A DNA stretch of 64,000 nt from Balanoglossus misakiensis (lineage: Eukaryota > Animalia > Hemichordata). Below the pieces are notes generated by a model. It was not told the DNA's origin. It made no database searches and saw only the letters and a list, made by a program, of their open reading frames with translations. The translations under genes were made by a program, and so were the position numbers. The stretch covers positions 1,922,001 to 1,986,000 of the forward strand of contig CM082577.2 in assembly GCA_040954595.2 (NCBI GenBank). The letters are read 5' to 3'. Below are positions 1 to 12,398 of the stretch, one piece after another; position 1 is the first letter of the stretch, and each line of letters opens with the position of its first letter.

Positions 1-297
1 GTGAAACCAGAAGATATAGTAGTAGACTGATAATCTGATATTGTTATATTGTTAATTAATTATTAAGGTACCCTCATTGAAAAGGTCTGATTGTTTTTTT
101 GAAGTACAATGGCTTTGTTGACCTGAAAGGGACAGTCTGTTTCTCACCCTCTGAAGTCTTAGTACCGGTAGTAGATAATTAGGGAGCTCTCTTCATCAAT
201 AGCTAGTAAAACAGTCCTTTACTAACTCTCTCTTCTGATCTGTTTGCACAGACGATGGATAGCAGCTGATTGCCTGCCATGACACTCCACTACAAAC

Positions 298-377
298 ATG
301 GCTAGCAATGGTGCGACAAGACGGTCATTCGCCTTGAAGACCAGAGGGCTGGCAGGCAACACTCTGGACGAAACCAG
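298..377 (+). CDS. First coding exon (exon 252-377) of a large unidentified gene; MASNGATRRSFALKTRGLAGNTLDET + phase-2 intron
   Basis: Pyrimidine tract and acceptor (ctctctcttctgatctgtttgcacAG, AG at 250-251); aaacATGG start at 298 with an in-frame TGA upstream (280-282); donor CAG|GTATTT at 377/378; 80 nt = 26 codons + 2, which splices in frame onto the exon at 12399. Confidence 0.65.
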
Positions 378-393
378 GTATTTTCTTTTTCTC

Positions 394-498
394 TAACCCT
401 TTCACCCCCAGTTTCCTCTTAAGAGGTCCAGCCTTACATGTATGATGTACCATAGAAAACAATAGGTTTGGACTGAAACATGGTGGTGAAATGGTTAA
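394..498. mobile_element. About 100-bp MITE with TIRs, piggyBac-like ends
   Basis: TAACCCTTTCACCCCCA (394-410) and TGGTGGTGAAATGGTTA (481-497) are inverted repeats with 2 mismatches; flanks ctaa/ttaa; internal sequence recurs at 31241 and 43787. Confidence 0.7.
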
Positions 499-807
499 AG
501 GTCCACTCTCTGTAACTTTGCCTTTTTATAGTATTTTTATGTTCAGTGTATCAACCATGGTTTGTTGTTTGGCTCCCTGATTGAACACTTATATTCTCAA
601 CATACTCCATGTGCGCATAATCGGTATTGTTATTGTTGAAAATTCAAGTCCGGACGGGAATTTGTCAACAATAGCAATGGGGCGTATATATCTGAAAATA
701 CATGACAAGTTGCAATTTGGGAGGAGAACAAGAAAATGTAGTTCAACCATTGCACAAAGCAAAAAACTACTGAAAATAGCCAAAAGTTACATATAGTGGC
801 CCTTTAA
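495..807. mobile_element. About 305-bp MITE with TTAA target duplication and AGG termini (Kolobok-like)
   Basis: Left ttaaAGGTCCACTCTCTGTAACTTTG versus reverse complement of right end ttaaAGGGCCACTATATGTAACTTTTG; TTAA at 495-498 and 804-807; no coding capacity. Confidence 0.75.
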
Positions 808-3800
808 TTTAGTGAAATGTCAATGTCTGTATCTGTAGACCGACAATCAGTCAGTCCAAACACGCAGCCTTCATCTCTGTATTCTTGGCGACTTCTGTTT
901 CGTAGCTTACAATGATCTAGCCTCAAGTTCTCTGTACAAAGTGTATACACCGCTGATCAAATAGAAAAAAAGACATGCTGAATGATACTCGACGCTGACA
1001 GAAATCAGAGGGGGAGGGCAGAAGTGTCACTGTGGATTCACAACACAAAATTCTTTCCTCCATAATACAGCCACTTTCACAAACACCATCTTGTTGCTCT
1101 GAATCCAAATTTGCGACCTGTAAAAATACCTTGTATTCAAATGTCACCATGTATATTTCTTGCTGAGCTGTTAACATGATGAAGATATTGAATGTGTTAT
1201 TATTTCCAAGATAATATTGTTGAGAGTTTATTATGTAAGATATAAACACACCAAACCCCTGTTTCCAATAAGCAATTTACCTCCTGAGAAGCAACATGTG
1301 TAAGGAATTCAACTTATCAAACCCAAAGACTAAATATTTCCCATCTGAAAGTTTTCAATAAGAAATTTATCATAGTTAAATACAAACTGCAATGGATTCT
1401 TGATGTCAAACCTCAAGACTAAACATTTTTTATCCAAAGTTAATTAATTTTGATATGAATTACTGTGCTTGTATATTTAGCAAATGAAGTGCTTTCAGCT
1501 TATTACTTATTATATCACAGGTTTTGTTTATTATTAAATGTTAAACAGAATATTGGGTGTGGAAAAATGACTGTTCAGGTACCTACAGCATAAAATTCAA
1601 ATGTTTCCAGACAAAATCTTCATCTGGGTGCACAAGGGTCAATGCCAAACCAATTGTTGCTGATGGAAAGGTCTCCTGTTTTGCACACAGCAGGCAGACA
1701 GAGACAGGCATTTTTTTGCAAATTATACTCCAGTATAATTTAAAACACATGAAGGAACCCGGGGCCAGGAGTCTTCGAGTCGGTCGCGATCAAATTTCAG
1801 CATGCCAATTTCGTAATCAAATGGAATAGAAATGTAAATCGGGCACATTGAATTATTTTTTAGGAATTGGTTTTATTGGGTATGTTTGCTGTCCTCGCAT
1901 GAAATAAAAAGTTACTGTTCGAAATAAAGTGGGATGGTAAAAATTTGCAACTGCCATAATACAACAGACAAAGATTTTTTCTGAGATTTACGATGTAGAT
2001 GAACCGCTATCTACAGTTGTTCAAACCTTTTTTACTTCATGAGCACTAAAAACTTCCCTCTGTGTGAAGCTTTGAAGGAGAAACTCTGGTCTTTTCTTAA
2101 ATCTCTGTGTGGCCTTCAGTGTAGAATGTTTTTATGTGTCTGAAAGCATTTCAGTGTGGTGAAAGAGGATTGCCAGTTGTCTCACCCAAAGAAGGTCGAC
2201 TTCATAGTTTGTTTAGTCGTTTGAAACTCCTCAGTTTTATACCCTATAATCAGTGGCTTTTATTGATAATAGTCGCGGGCACAATAGGGAGGATGTTGAA
2301 AGGCGCGTTTGAATGCCTGTCGTCTATTGAAAGTAAAAGCGGACAATCTATATCCACTGACGGATGACGTCCACCGAGCACGTGAATTCGTGAACGCACC
2401 TTTCTTTTTATTGGGTGCCTGCATTATTTCTTGCCTTCTGTTTGTTGTCAATCAGCAAGACTTTAGGGTTGAATTTGGTCATCTGAGGAACGGTTTTTCG
2501 TTTCGGCCTGAAGGTCTCTACGCTCCTGATTCTGTTTACAGTTCAGACATCAATTGGGGGGAGAGATTCGTCCTTTGATGTCTCACTGAGCACGTCTTGT
2601 TGCGATACAGTGAACTGCAAACATTTGCAGAACATGAACAAAAAGCTGTCCTCTTGCTCGGGCAAATTGAATGCAGACGTCGTGCACTTGGAGAATGCGT
2701 CACTATAACTTGCTGGCCCTCCCGCTGGCGGGCTTTTGCATTATGCGAACGTGACGAATTTCTGTTACCCCTGGAAACCGAACAAACAGAATGAAAAAAA
2801 TACTTGTGTTTTTCCCATTGGTGATAGATGTTTTGAAATTGCCGGAGTGCATTTCTAAAGAATGTGAAAGGTAATGTGTGTCACCAAAGAAATGAGTGAT
2901 TTCACAGTGAAGTCTTGATGTTGACAGTAAATATTATATACGTCTTGTAATTCTTTGTTCGAAGCACTTAGCAAAGTAATCTTTTCACACGGATCTATTT
3001 AACTGTCTGTAAAGGAAAGTAGCTGTATTTAATTATGGTCATTTTGTTCTTCGCATTCAGAGATTCTTGTTCATTTCAGAATTAAAATTCAATATCCTAC
3101 AAAGCAGCTCCCTGTTTTTGGGGTGAAGGGCCAAGTCTATTGTCGCCGTTTGCGTTCTGCAACAACCTAGCAACCCAGAAATGGTGTCATTGAACTACAA
3201 TACTTCAACTGTCAAGGATGTTGAAGTTGTGCATGTATCGATCACAGGTGTGAAACGTGCACACCTGTGATACATGTTATCTCAAGTGTGGATCCAGTCT
3301 GTACGCCACAAATCAAATCGAATCAAGTCAAACTGAATCGACCTTGCTCTTCAGACAATTGTGTCTGTGGTGACATCCTCCACGACCTAGTTCATTTCAG
3401 GTCACGCTCGCTTGTAACTAGAACGTGACGAAGCAGGTGATGTTCTTCCAAGTTTTGTGAGAGAAGTCACTGAACTAATTCCCAGTCACACAGGGTTCAC
3501 TGGGGTTTAGGTGGGGACTTGAGGGTTGTACATGCATGTACAGTGCAGCAGAGCAGGGCTAATGTGGGTTGAGTCTTCTTGTGGGTTGTCATTTCAGGGG
3601 TTGTCAGTATGTTAGGTGAGGACGCAGGTGACTTGGTTTTCAAGTAGGTTGTGATTTCATCTTGTCAAGCAAAGTCAGACACAGCCAGTAGATCAGACCA
3701 TCTAATGCAGTATTGATCAAATGATCACATACGAGAAACTCCTAGAAGGGAATAAGTCGTACTTCAAGATAAAAAGCATGTACTTAAAATAGAAATATAA

Positions 3801-4012
3801 TAGCACAATGTTGGGTTTTGTCGATAGAAGTTGCCCTAAGCTCTCACGTGAAATGAAAAAAAGCCTTCCCTTTTAACCAGATTGTGAGTTTTTTTTTGTG
3901 AAAGTGGATTTTGACCAACAATGCCTTGGGTTTAAAATGAGCAACTGAAAGGCTGATAATCATATGCCAGAGGCTATGTCTGTTTTTTTTTCACGCGTAC
4001 TATTAAAAAATC

Positions 4013-4083
4013 ATGTTTAAACTGGCAACAGAAACTGGATTTGGAGAACAAGCTGTGTTGTTTAGAGGGAGATCTCAGAACGG
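4013..4083 (+). CDS. Candidate alternative first coding exon MFKLATETGFGEQAVLFRGRSQN (phase 2)
   Basis: atcATG, 23 codons + 2 nt, strong donor CGG|GTAAGC; adjacent to a CpG-retaining segment (about 4080-4400); phase fits the exon at 12399. Confidence 0.3.
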
Positions 4084-6411
4084 GTAAGCTTGGTTGACTG
4101 TCAGCGCGAGCATTTGAGAATTTACCTGTGGAGAGATAACCGAAACAGCGTGGGAGGAATATGCAACGGCGCGATGTTCTTCTCCGCTTGGTTTGTTGTA
4201 ACTGTTTCGCGTGGAACTGTTTACTTCTATGAGCCCCGCTCTTTACATAATGCGAAGGGGGGCAACAAATGGGTGGCTGGGGGGCGAAACACGTCAATGA
4301 GTTCAGGACATTCGGTCGGTGAAATATCTCGCGTCTCTTGTGTGCTGCGGTTGTGACAGTCGAGGGAGTGCACGCTCTGTTTGGTGCGAATGGCTCATGT
4401 GCCCCCAAGCAGTACACATAGTTGGTTGTGTCAACAGGACAGTGGAGATGTATGGGGTTGTGCCGGTACATACAAACTTGCACAATGAAGACAATGATGA
4501 TCTGTTTCAGAGAATGCAAGGGTGTTCAGAACTCTGACCTGCAAGTTTGAGGTGACTTTTGTGCAACACTATCATTCAGAAAAAAGTTGCCCTTTTTTCT
4601 TGAAATAAATTTATTCCTATGTCACCTTTAAGTTGTCACACTACAACCAAAATTGAGTTCTCCTTTTAATTTAAATATAAAGTGTTTGACTCCCATGTTT
4701 ATTGATGTTAAAAACTTGTAGAACGCCCCAGGGGTATGTAGAAGGCTGACAGTGTCCACCCATTTTGTGTTGGAAAGGTGAATGAGTTCAAAAAACGACC
4801 AAGGCTCAATATTGTCAAAGGAGGCAAAGTCTTTAATATTCCAGTTATAATATGGTTCCTTTTTCTTTTTCTCTTAGAGTACTTTGGACAAATTCTGGTC
4901 ATTTTGGATAGTTCCAAGCAAGACATTGCATGATTGTTCATTAGTGAACACAGTTCTATATTTGGCAAGGCGAGAGTAAAGCCTAACAGTCCATTGACAT
5001 TCTAATGGAAGGACAATTGAAATAACTTCTCGCATTTGAAACAAAACTAAGTAAACTTAAGTCAAAAGAAACAACATTATGTCCCTTTAAAGTTAAAATT
5101 AGTCTGACTTATGGCATGCATATAAATTATACAGTGTAAGCATTCTTAGAGTCTTTGTACAATGCTTAGAAATTCCAAGACATGTACCAAAACAATCGGG
5201 CTAATGTTTACTAACCACCTGCACTCGTTATGGGATCATCTTCAAAAGGTTACATACCTCTGTGTTAATAAAGTCAGAAGCTTAGGGAGATAATCTCCCG
5301 ATTAAAGGACTTGATCTTCCTTCTCAAGTACATGTGTGTATTCAGTTATTCTGTCTGCTTATCGCTGTAGAGTTGACTGCTATGCATTCCGGAGATGATT
5401 AGCTTGTGAAAGTTGTGAATGTCTTCACTCAATTATGACAGAGAAGGAAGCCATTCTCTCTGTTGTATGGAATCCTTCGTTCAGAGACAATGCCATAGTT
5501 TGAGAAGCAGTCTTAAAGTATTTTTTTCTGTGGAAAAATTCAAAGCAGTTACGAAAGTATGATGAGAATGTCTGGTACTGGGAAAGACGTACCGGTACAT
5601 CTGATTTTAATCATATTGGAATGGACCTCTCCCTGCTTTGCTCTATCTGTTCCTGATGTCTCTTTGTTTGAAGCACGTGCCACATACAGTACCCAACCTG
5701 GGACACCCATGGATTGTAAATTTGTAAAATGTGGATACACATCGGTGTTTGCTGTGAGGGTTAATTAGCCACCAACCTGCAAACACCTTCAGACAGGCCA
5801 AAGATAGCGTATTGATTTTATCCATTGAAAAGGTCAGGCGTTTGTATAAACAGCCACAATTTATACAGTCGGGCAAAACAGAGTTCTCTAGCATTAGTTT
5901 GATTGATGGTGGTGTGTTTAATCCCTCATGAGAGGCGGTTATACATTATTTTTGGGGGAAAAAACCTGCTTTATCATGTTTATCAAAGCAAGGTATTGAG
6001 CGATGGCACTTTTATGGCTGGCTAGTCGTGATTCTTCATTCGTAGTGCGGTGTGGTCATTCACTGACAGTGACATTGACGGAGGGACAGTTACTACACGA
6101 CATTGACCACTGACATGTCTGGAAATATATTTTATGATGACAAATACATTTATTACCCACTTTCTGCGGAATATTTGCTGAACTGTTGGCGGGTACTTTT
6201 GCCAGGAGCTATTAACTGAAACCAAATCCAGCCACAGAAAAATGAAATTTTGGTCAAAGATGACAAGAGTTGACCCAACATAACATCGACAACCCATACT
6301 TCAAAATGTGAGCTTTAAATTTACGAGACGTTACTAACAAAACTCTATGAACAGCACACAACAAAGTGATGGTGTTTTGATGTAATGTTAAATATCTTTC
6401 CACAATAAAGT

Positions 6412-6425
6412 GTTGCCATGGCAAC
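6412..6425. promoter_or_regulatory. Perfect palindromic RFX X-box GTTGCCATGGCAAC
   Basis: Exact match to the RFX consensus palindrome. Confidence 0.6.
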
Positions 6426-8260
6426 GTTACATTTTGTTTTATCCCAGAGTATTTCGTTTTAGTCTGCTGAGAAAGGTAGCAAGTCTTTCTTTAAACACAA
6501 TTTGCCACTGTTGTCGCTGAGCTGGAAATTAAGTTGTCTGACTGAAATTAGTCTCCGATATTTGTTTCTTTTTCTTGTGTGTGGCAAGTTGATACGATAC
6601 CCCCAATCATTACAGGGGCAATTTCTGTCACCCGATCAGCCCATTGTTAAATCGCCTATTGTGATACAAGTTAGGGTTATTAGAGGCATTGGAACTCAGC
6701 CACCATGGGCAAATTGGTCAGCTGATTCTAATTGTCCGTGGCCGTCGCGATCGATTCACCCCCCTTTGGTGATCTCAAATCCGTGAGAAGTTTTTGTCCG
6801 TTTGCCAGGGCTTTGTGTGGAGACTTGTGTCAGATAGTGTGTGTGTGTGCCAGCGATAGTTGACTGTTTTCTCCCATGACCACTTGGAGAAGACTCCACT
6901 TCAGTTTGTGTTTTGTAACACTACCTCCGTAAACTTTATGTGAAAGTTAATTTTTGAGATGCCGGATGAATTATATACGAACAGTAACACCAGATATACT
7001 TTTTAGGGGAACTTTTATACCAGTCATTATGGAATTATCATGTATTCACATAAGCAAATAAAACAATATGGCTTGTCCAGTGACGTACTTGAAAGTAAAT
7101 ATGCTGTTCCAGTATTACCTGGTCAGTATATCATTTGCAGATCCTGAACTTTTACCCAGGATACGTGATGTACGTGGCACATTCCTTTTAGATTTATCGC
7201 TGTAACCCAAACCCACCATTTTGGTCTGAAATTGCAGATTTTGATTTGTTTCTATACAACATTGATACCCACTGACGTGTTATGTACATGTTCATCATCT
7301 GATGAGTATACACAGTGCTGCCTTCATTACTGTTTTGTAACCAGCAGTATTTCACTATGGGATTGAGGTTGTTAGCAAGTAAAAAGTTTTCAAAATGTAC
7401 AAGCGACGCAAATATTGCATGATGAATCATATTTTTTCAAATGTTCGTGTGGTTTTTCTATGAATTCCACTTCAAAGGGATTAAGAAAGAGGAACATGAA
7501 TGCAAACAAAGAGAAATTCACTTTATGTACACAGACTCAGTGTGTTTCCACCAAACTTTGTGAGTTTGATAATCAGAATAAAGTTCTTGAAACAAATGTT
7601 TTCGCAGTGGCTCTTGTGTTGATTCTGAAAGGTACAAAAATCGTGCGTCGAGTATTTGTATTTCAATTGAAAACAAAGTTGCAGTGTCAACACTAGAGAA
7701 AGACAAATGGGATCGTTCATCGCCGCCCGACAATGTAACCTGCTGACCCTCCTTAGCAAAGTGGGGGAGACAACCAACGTAATTTGCCTGTGTTGATACT
7801 AAGACGGATCATCTCCATGTGTCAGTGTGCGTCTTTGGCAGCAGTGCACCTAACCAACCCCCGAGTGGGAAAAAAAAAATTCCTGTGCGTAGATGGAAAG
7901 CTACGACTGTCTTTTCAGAGAGAGAGTGGAACAGTTATTGGCCTGATGAACTCTTCCATGCCAACGGTTGTCGAAGTTTTATGAATGTCCGGCGTCGTGT
8001 CACCGTTGTACAGCTGTTTTTTATTGCTGCCGTCTCAGAGTGAAATGTTGTCCGGCTTTTGACAAGGGCGGGTACAACAAGCTGTTTGTTGTGCTTTTTT
8101 TTCTTCTCTCTCTCCCTGCACGATGCGTCAAGACAGTCAGTGACATGCAGCTGCCTCGGGGATTCAAAGTGGATGAGAAAACTTCTGTGTTTGTTCTGGC
8201 TGTGTTCTTTGTGTCCGCACCAAGTTCAAGTGCAACTAATATTTGTATTTTAAGTGTGGA

Positions 8261-8280
8261 ATGATGCCGGTTACTCCAAG
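8261..8280 (+). CDS. Candidate alternative first coding exon MMPVTP (phase 2)
   Basis: ggaATGATG...CCAAG|GTAGGT strong donor at 8280/8281, at the end of a CpG-retaining, 5'UTR-like stretch (about 7700-8280); phase fits the exon at 12399. Confidence 0.4.
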
Positions 8281-10060
8281 GTAGGTGTGCATTGTTTTGG
8301 CGGTGACTGTTCGTGTCAGTGATGCGTACCACCTGTGTGTTCGGATACATATTCTGCACAGTGCATTATGACACCTGTCTAGTACACCTGTGACAGATTC
8401 TAACTTTTTCAGGCACATTCTGTTCATAGAAACTGTCAGAGGGCGAATTTGTTCCGACTAACCGTGGGACGGTCAACTTCACACCCGTTCACAATGAGTC
8501 AGCTTTTTGACCACATCTATTTCCTGCCCCGTAATGTAAAGCATACTTTTCGCTCCGACTGTGGCCACCTATTAGTCAGAAATCAAATCACTCTCTGGCA
8601 AATATTTCAAAATTGCTGCACAGGTGGGGCGTGTTGACAAAAGACTTGAAGTTAGAACCGCTGCGATTACTTCATACATCTCAAGAAGTTGGCAAACAGT
8701 CATTTTCAATTACTCTGCCATGGAGCGCGTCATTGACTAGTCTTGTTGAGAAGTGGAGTGTGGACAATCTAGCACCTGCTTGTCAAATGGATAAATTTGT
8801 CACTTTGTAATAAACACAAGTTCAGTCGTATGTTTCTTATATGATATGTATTGATTGGGTGAATTGGTATGAGAATGCTATGTGCCAGTTTTATGTTAGT
8901 TCAAAGAGCAGTAGATATTCAAGACTTTGCACCTGTGAGAATTTCATTGTTAGTAGTTTATTTGACAACAAACTAACCATCAAGTACATCTGAGGACAAT
9001 TTTAGTGTTAATCCCATTGCTCGTTGCCCAATTGTAACGTGTGTGGTATCATTGTGAAAACTTAAATGAAAAACTGAGTGGTGCTGATCACCCATATTTT
9101 TGTCTGAGAAAAATCAACAATCCAAAAAAGATATATTTGATTTGATTCAAATGGATGGACAGCCATATTGAATTACAAACAGTGGTATGTGCAAGGAGTG
9201 ACCATTGTAAATATATGACATAATTTGGTTGTCCGATCCAATCCGAAACTTACCGGCGCGGCAACCCCTGGGTCGGTTTATCAATTTCACATGAGAACCC
9301 TCCCCTGTGTACTCGTCAGTAAAGTTTTGCAGCAAACATTGTGGATTTGATTTATGTTGTTCATGTTTTGTGAAGGAGAATAACATGATGTTTTTTATGA
9401 AACAAAAAATTGCCAAATAGTAATAAAAGATGGTGCGTGACTCTGGTTGGTTCTGTGGTTCCGTAGAACTGAGAAGTCTTTGTTCAATGTGTGCTCTTGT
9501 GTCTGGAATACATTTCACATGTTACATTAAATGCCATCAACAGATTAACCCAGTCACCTTGCGAAAATCCCCCGCGATTGAAAAGACAGGGCTCAGAGCA
9601 TGCAGTTGAGGAACTGTGGTTTCCATCAAGTGGCCTTTCCCCCCCTTATCGAAGTTGTATTGTCTCTTGGAACAGATATGTATAATACTGGTGTTCAGGT
9701 CAAGTTGACTTTGAATAAGACTGGTTCAGATCTGTTTGAAGTGATTTTGGTGCTGCAAGTTTGTTTCAAATCTCAGAGAATGTAGAATTTAGATTCTCTT
9801 GTGTACGTGCATGTGTGTCCCTTCTGTCAATTCAAACTAGTGGCACTGTTTTGATGTTTGGAATATTCACCTCTCAAAGCTAACAAAAGAAAACCTGCCA
9901 CTTGTACGTAGAATGTTCATTGACATTGTCAGAGAAATACAACTTTTTGGTTTACACTTTTTCTGTAAGCTGCAAGTCCTCTGAACTGTGATGACATGTG
10001 GTAGCTCAGATTAGGGCATTGTACTTTCTGGTAGACGACAAGTCACAGATTGCATATATT

Positions 10061-10223
10061 CTGTACTGTACTGAACTGTACTGTAGTGTACTGTAGTGTG
10101 CTGTACTGTACTGTACTGTACTGTACTGTACTGTACTGTACTGTACTGTACTGTACTGTACTGTACTGTACTGTACTGTACTGTAGTGTACTGTACTGTA
10201 CTGTAGTGTACTGTACTGTACTG
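10061..10223. repeat. (CTGTA)n pentanucleotide microsatellite, about 32 units
   Basis: Directly visible, with occasional GTGTA/CTGAA variants; explains the spurious STVQY and CTVLY ORFs. Confidence 0.98.
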
Positions 10224-10637
10224 AAAAAAACAACTTTTGAGAAATATCACCAGAGGTTTTTATTTTTAAAAACACTGGGAACATTTTTCATAGGGAATTC
10301 ACTCGCCTAGCAATATGATTCTTTTGAAGGTTAAGTTATATGTTGTTGCATTATAGATCCAAAGTTTAAGTGGCGCCGTTCAATGTGTGTAGGATGACAT
10401 TCCAAGTATTTATTGCGTTCCTGACAGAAATACTGACTGCAGCACGGCATTGTTAGGCCAACCCTGTTCTATATTTGTCAGGCAGAAAGCTGTAAATTCA
10501 ACAAACAGCACAAACATGGTATAAGCGCAGACGGGAAATTAATCAGGTAGCCTTGCCCTGTTTGCTAAAGGACAAAGTAAGAAATAGAGATACAAAACTC
10601 AGTGAGTGACGCAATTGGAATTTTTTTACTGTTAAGC

Positions 10638-10975
10638 TTATGGATACAGTAGCTGTAAACTTTCAATGATATTTTCGGGTAGTTTTATTCTGTGTATCCA
10701 CGACAGATTCTTGTTCTACTCCCTACAACATGTTGACATGCCCAGAACGTCATCACAACCTGTATACAGTAGTGTTGTTGTTGACAGTGTTTTAGTCTGG
10801 ACTGAAATTCAAACATCAACAATAACATCGCACTTTGCTGTTTACAAAGTTTGTTGACAAACTTAATATTTGTCATTCAAAAACATTTGTTATCAAGTAG
10901 AACAGGAAACTGCAGTTGTTGCGTAGACCATATTAGTGAAATAAAGATTAAAAGTTTCAGCTAATGTCCCTTTAA
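10638..10975. mobile_element. Degenerate TTAA-type (Kolobok-like) MITE
   Basis: Right end aaaagtttcagctaatgtccctttaa; decayed left end ttatggatacagtagctgtaaacttt; similar size and layout to 495-807. Confidence 0.45.
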
Positions 10976-11255
10976 TGTGCGTTGTCAGTGTTTGAGTATA
11001 TGATTACCCAATCTGATTGAAATCAGATGTAGAGTTAGGCGATGGTTTTAGCTTTGGCGTATGCGCACTCTACTTCTGAACAGAACAGCCAAGAATCAGC
11101 AAAGGTTAAGACGGCACCAAACTCTACATCTGATTTTAATCAGATTGAAGAGTATTCTGACTGGGCAATACTGGTTCTTGTCTACTGCACATCACTGGTT
11201 ATAGTTTAATACAAAATGTGTCAATTTACCTCCTGGAAATTGACTCTGGGTGGTT

Positions 11256-11307
11256 GCCAAATTATAGCAGTTAATATTCGCGCCAAATTACAGCAGTTAA
11301 TATTCGC
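11256..11307. repeat. 26-bp tandem duplication
   Basis: gccaaattatagcagttaatattcgc / gccaaattacagcagttaatattcgc (1 mismatch). Confidence 0.9.
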
Positions 11308-12398
11308 AATAAATTTTCGGCGGATATTGGCAGATGTCTGTTACGCAGCCACTTTGCTGCCAGGATTAACCCACACTCTACGAAAACTAGCAGCTGTTCA
11401 ATTAATCCATAACTTCACTGTTTAGCTTACAGCTGCAAGAAACCCAAGTGAAAAATCGGTCAAGTGTTTCTCTTAAGAGACTCTGTATCAAACTGTATTT
11501 GATGTCTCAGGCTGGCTTTTGAACAATTTATCATTTCAAAACGTCAAAACTTTAAAAACGTGTCAGAGGTTTAATAGGTAAATTTAGATATTGTATTTCA
11601 AGATGAGTGTATTGGACGAATAACTTCTAATAATCTTTATCAAGGCTGTCTTCAGAGGGCCAACCCAACTTAAATTAGCCTGTATTTGTTTCATGGCCGA
11701 AAACCTGAAAATGATCTTTCAATACATCCTTAACAGGTGTTTAGAGGTATCATTTGGTGGTGATTGGCCAGTGGCTTCGGACGTTTTAATACCCCGCTAT
11801 ATTTCATACCAGGGGATACAGAGACATCTGTTCTATTTGTACATGTCATCTGTTGGAGATCTTGTAGGAATGTATGATATGCTTTGTTTGTTTTTCTTTG
11901 TCTATGAGTGATTTACAAGGCATCATATATACATGTAGTATTGTCTTTGCAAGGGTTTATGGAATGTCCCCTGGTTGACCTTGTGATGTCCAGGGATATA
12001 CATGGCCTCGCCAACCTTGACTCCGGGCCGACATCGACATTCCGTAATCTGCGGGACATGTGGAAGTGGGATTTACTGTCTGGGGGTGTTCTAAATTTGG
12101 CACTGTGGCCAATATATCATTCTTATAAGGTCTCTCCCTACTTCCAGATCATGTACTTTTGTGTGTTTTGAGGGAAACAGGCGTTGCATGATCTGATTTA
12201 AAAAGAAAAAAGAAATCAACCGTGAAGCACTAAAAGAGTAGAATATTACCTTGTACTCAAATCTGTTTATGCATGTATCATAAATATATATGACAAATCT
12301 TATATGGTTTAATTTTGTGAAACAATTTGAATTTTACCTCGGAAGAAATCAAAAGCCACGATTGAAGTGTTTTTTTTGTTTCTTTTTCTTTAATTCAG

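Noticed and set aside
3974-4519. 181-aa minus-strand ORF
   Set aside because: No ATG start, no recognisable domain and no splice support; lies in a GC-richer patch where stops are rarer.
10006-10310. ORFs with STVQY / CTVLY repeats
   Set aside because: Translations of the (CTGTA)n microsatellite.
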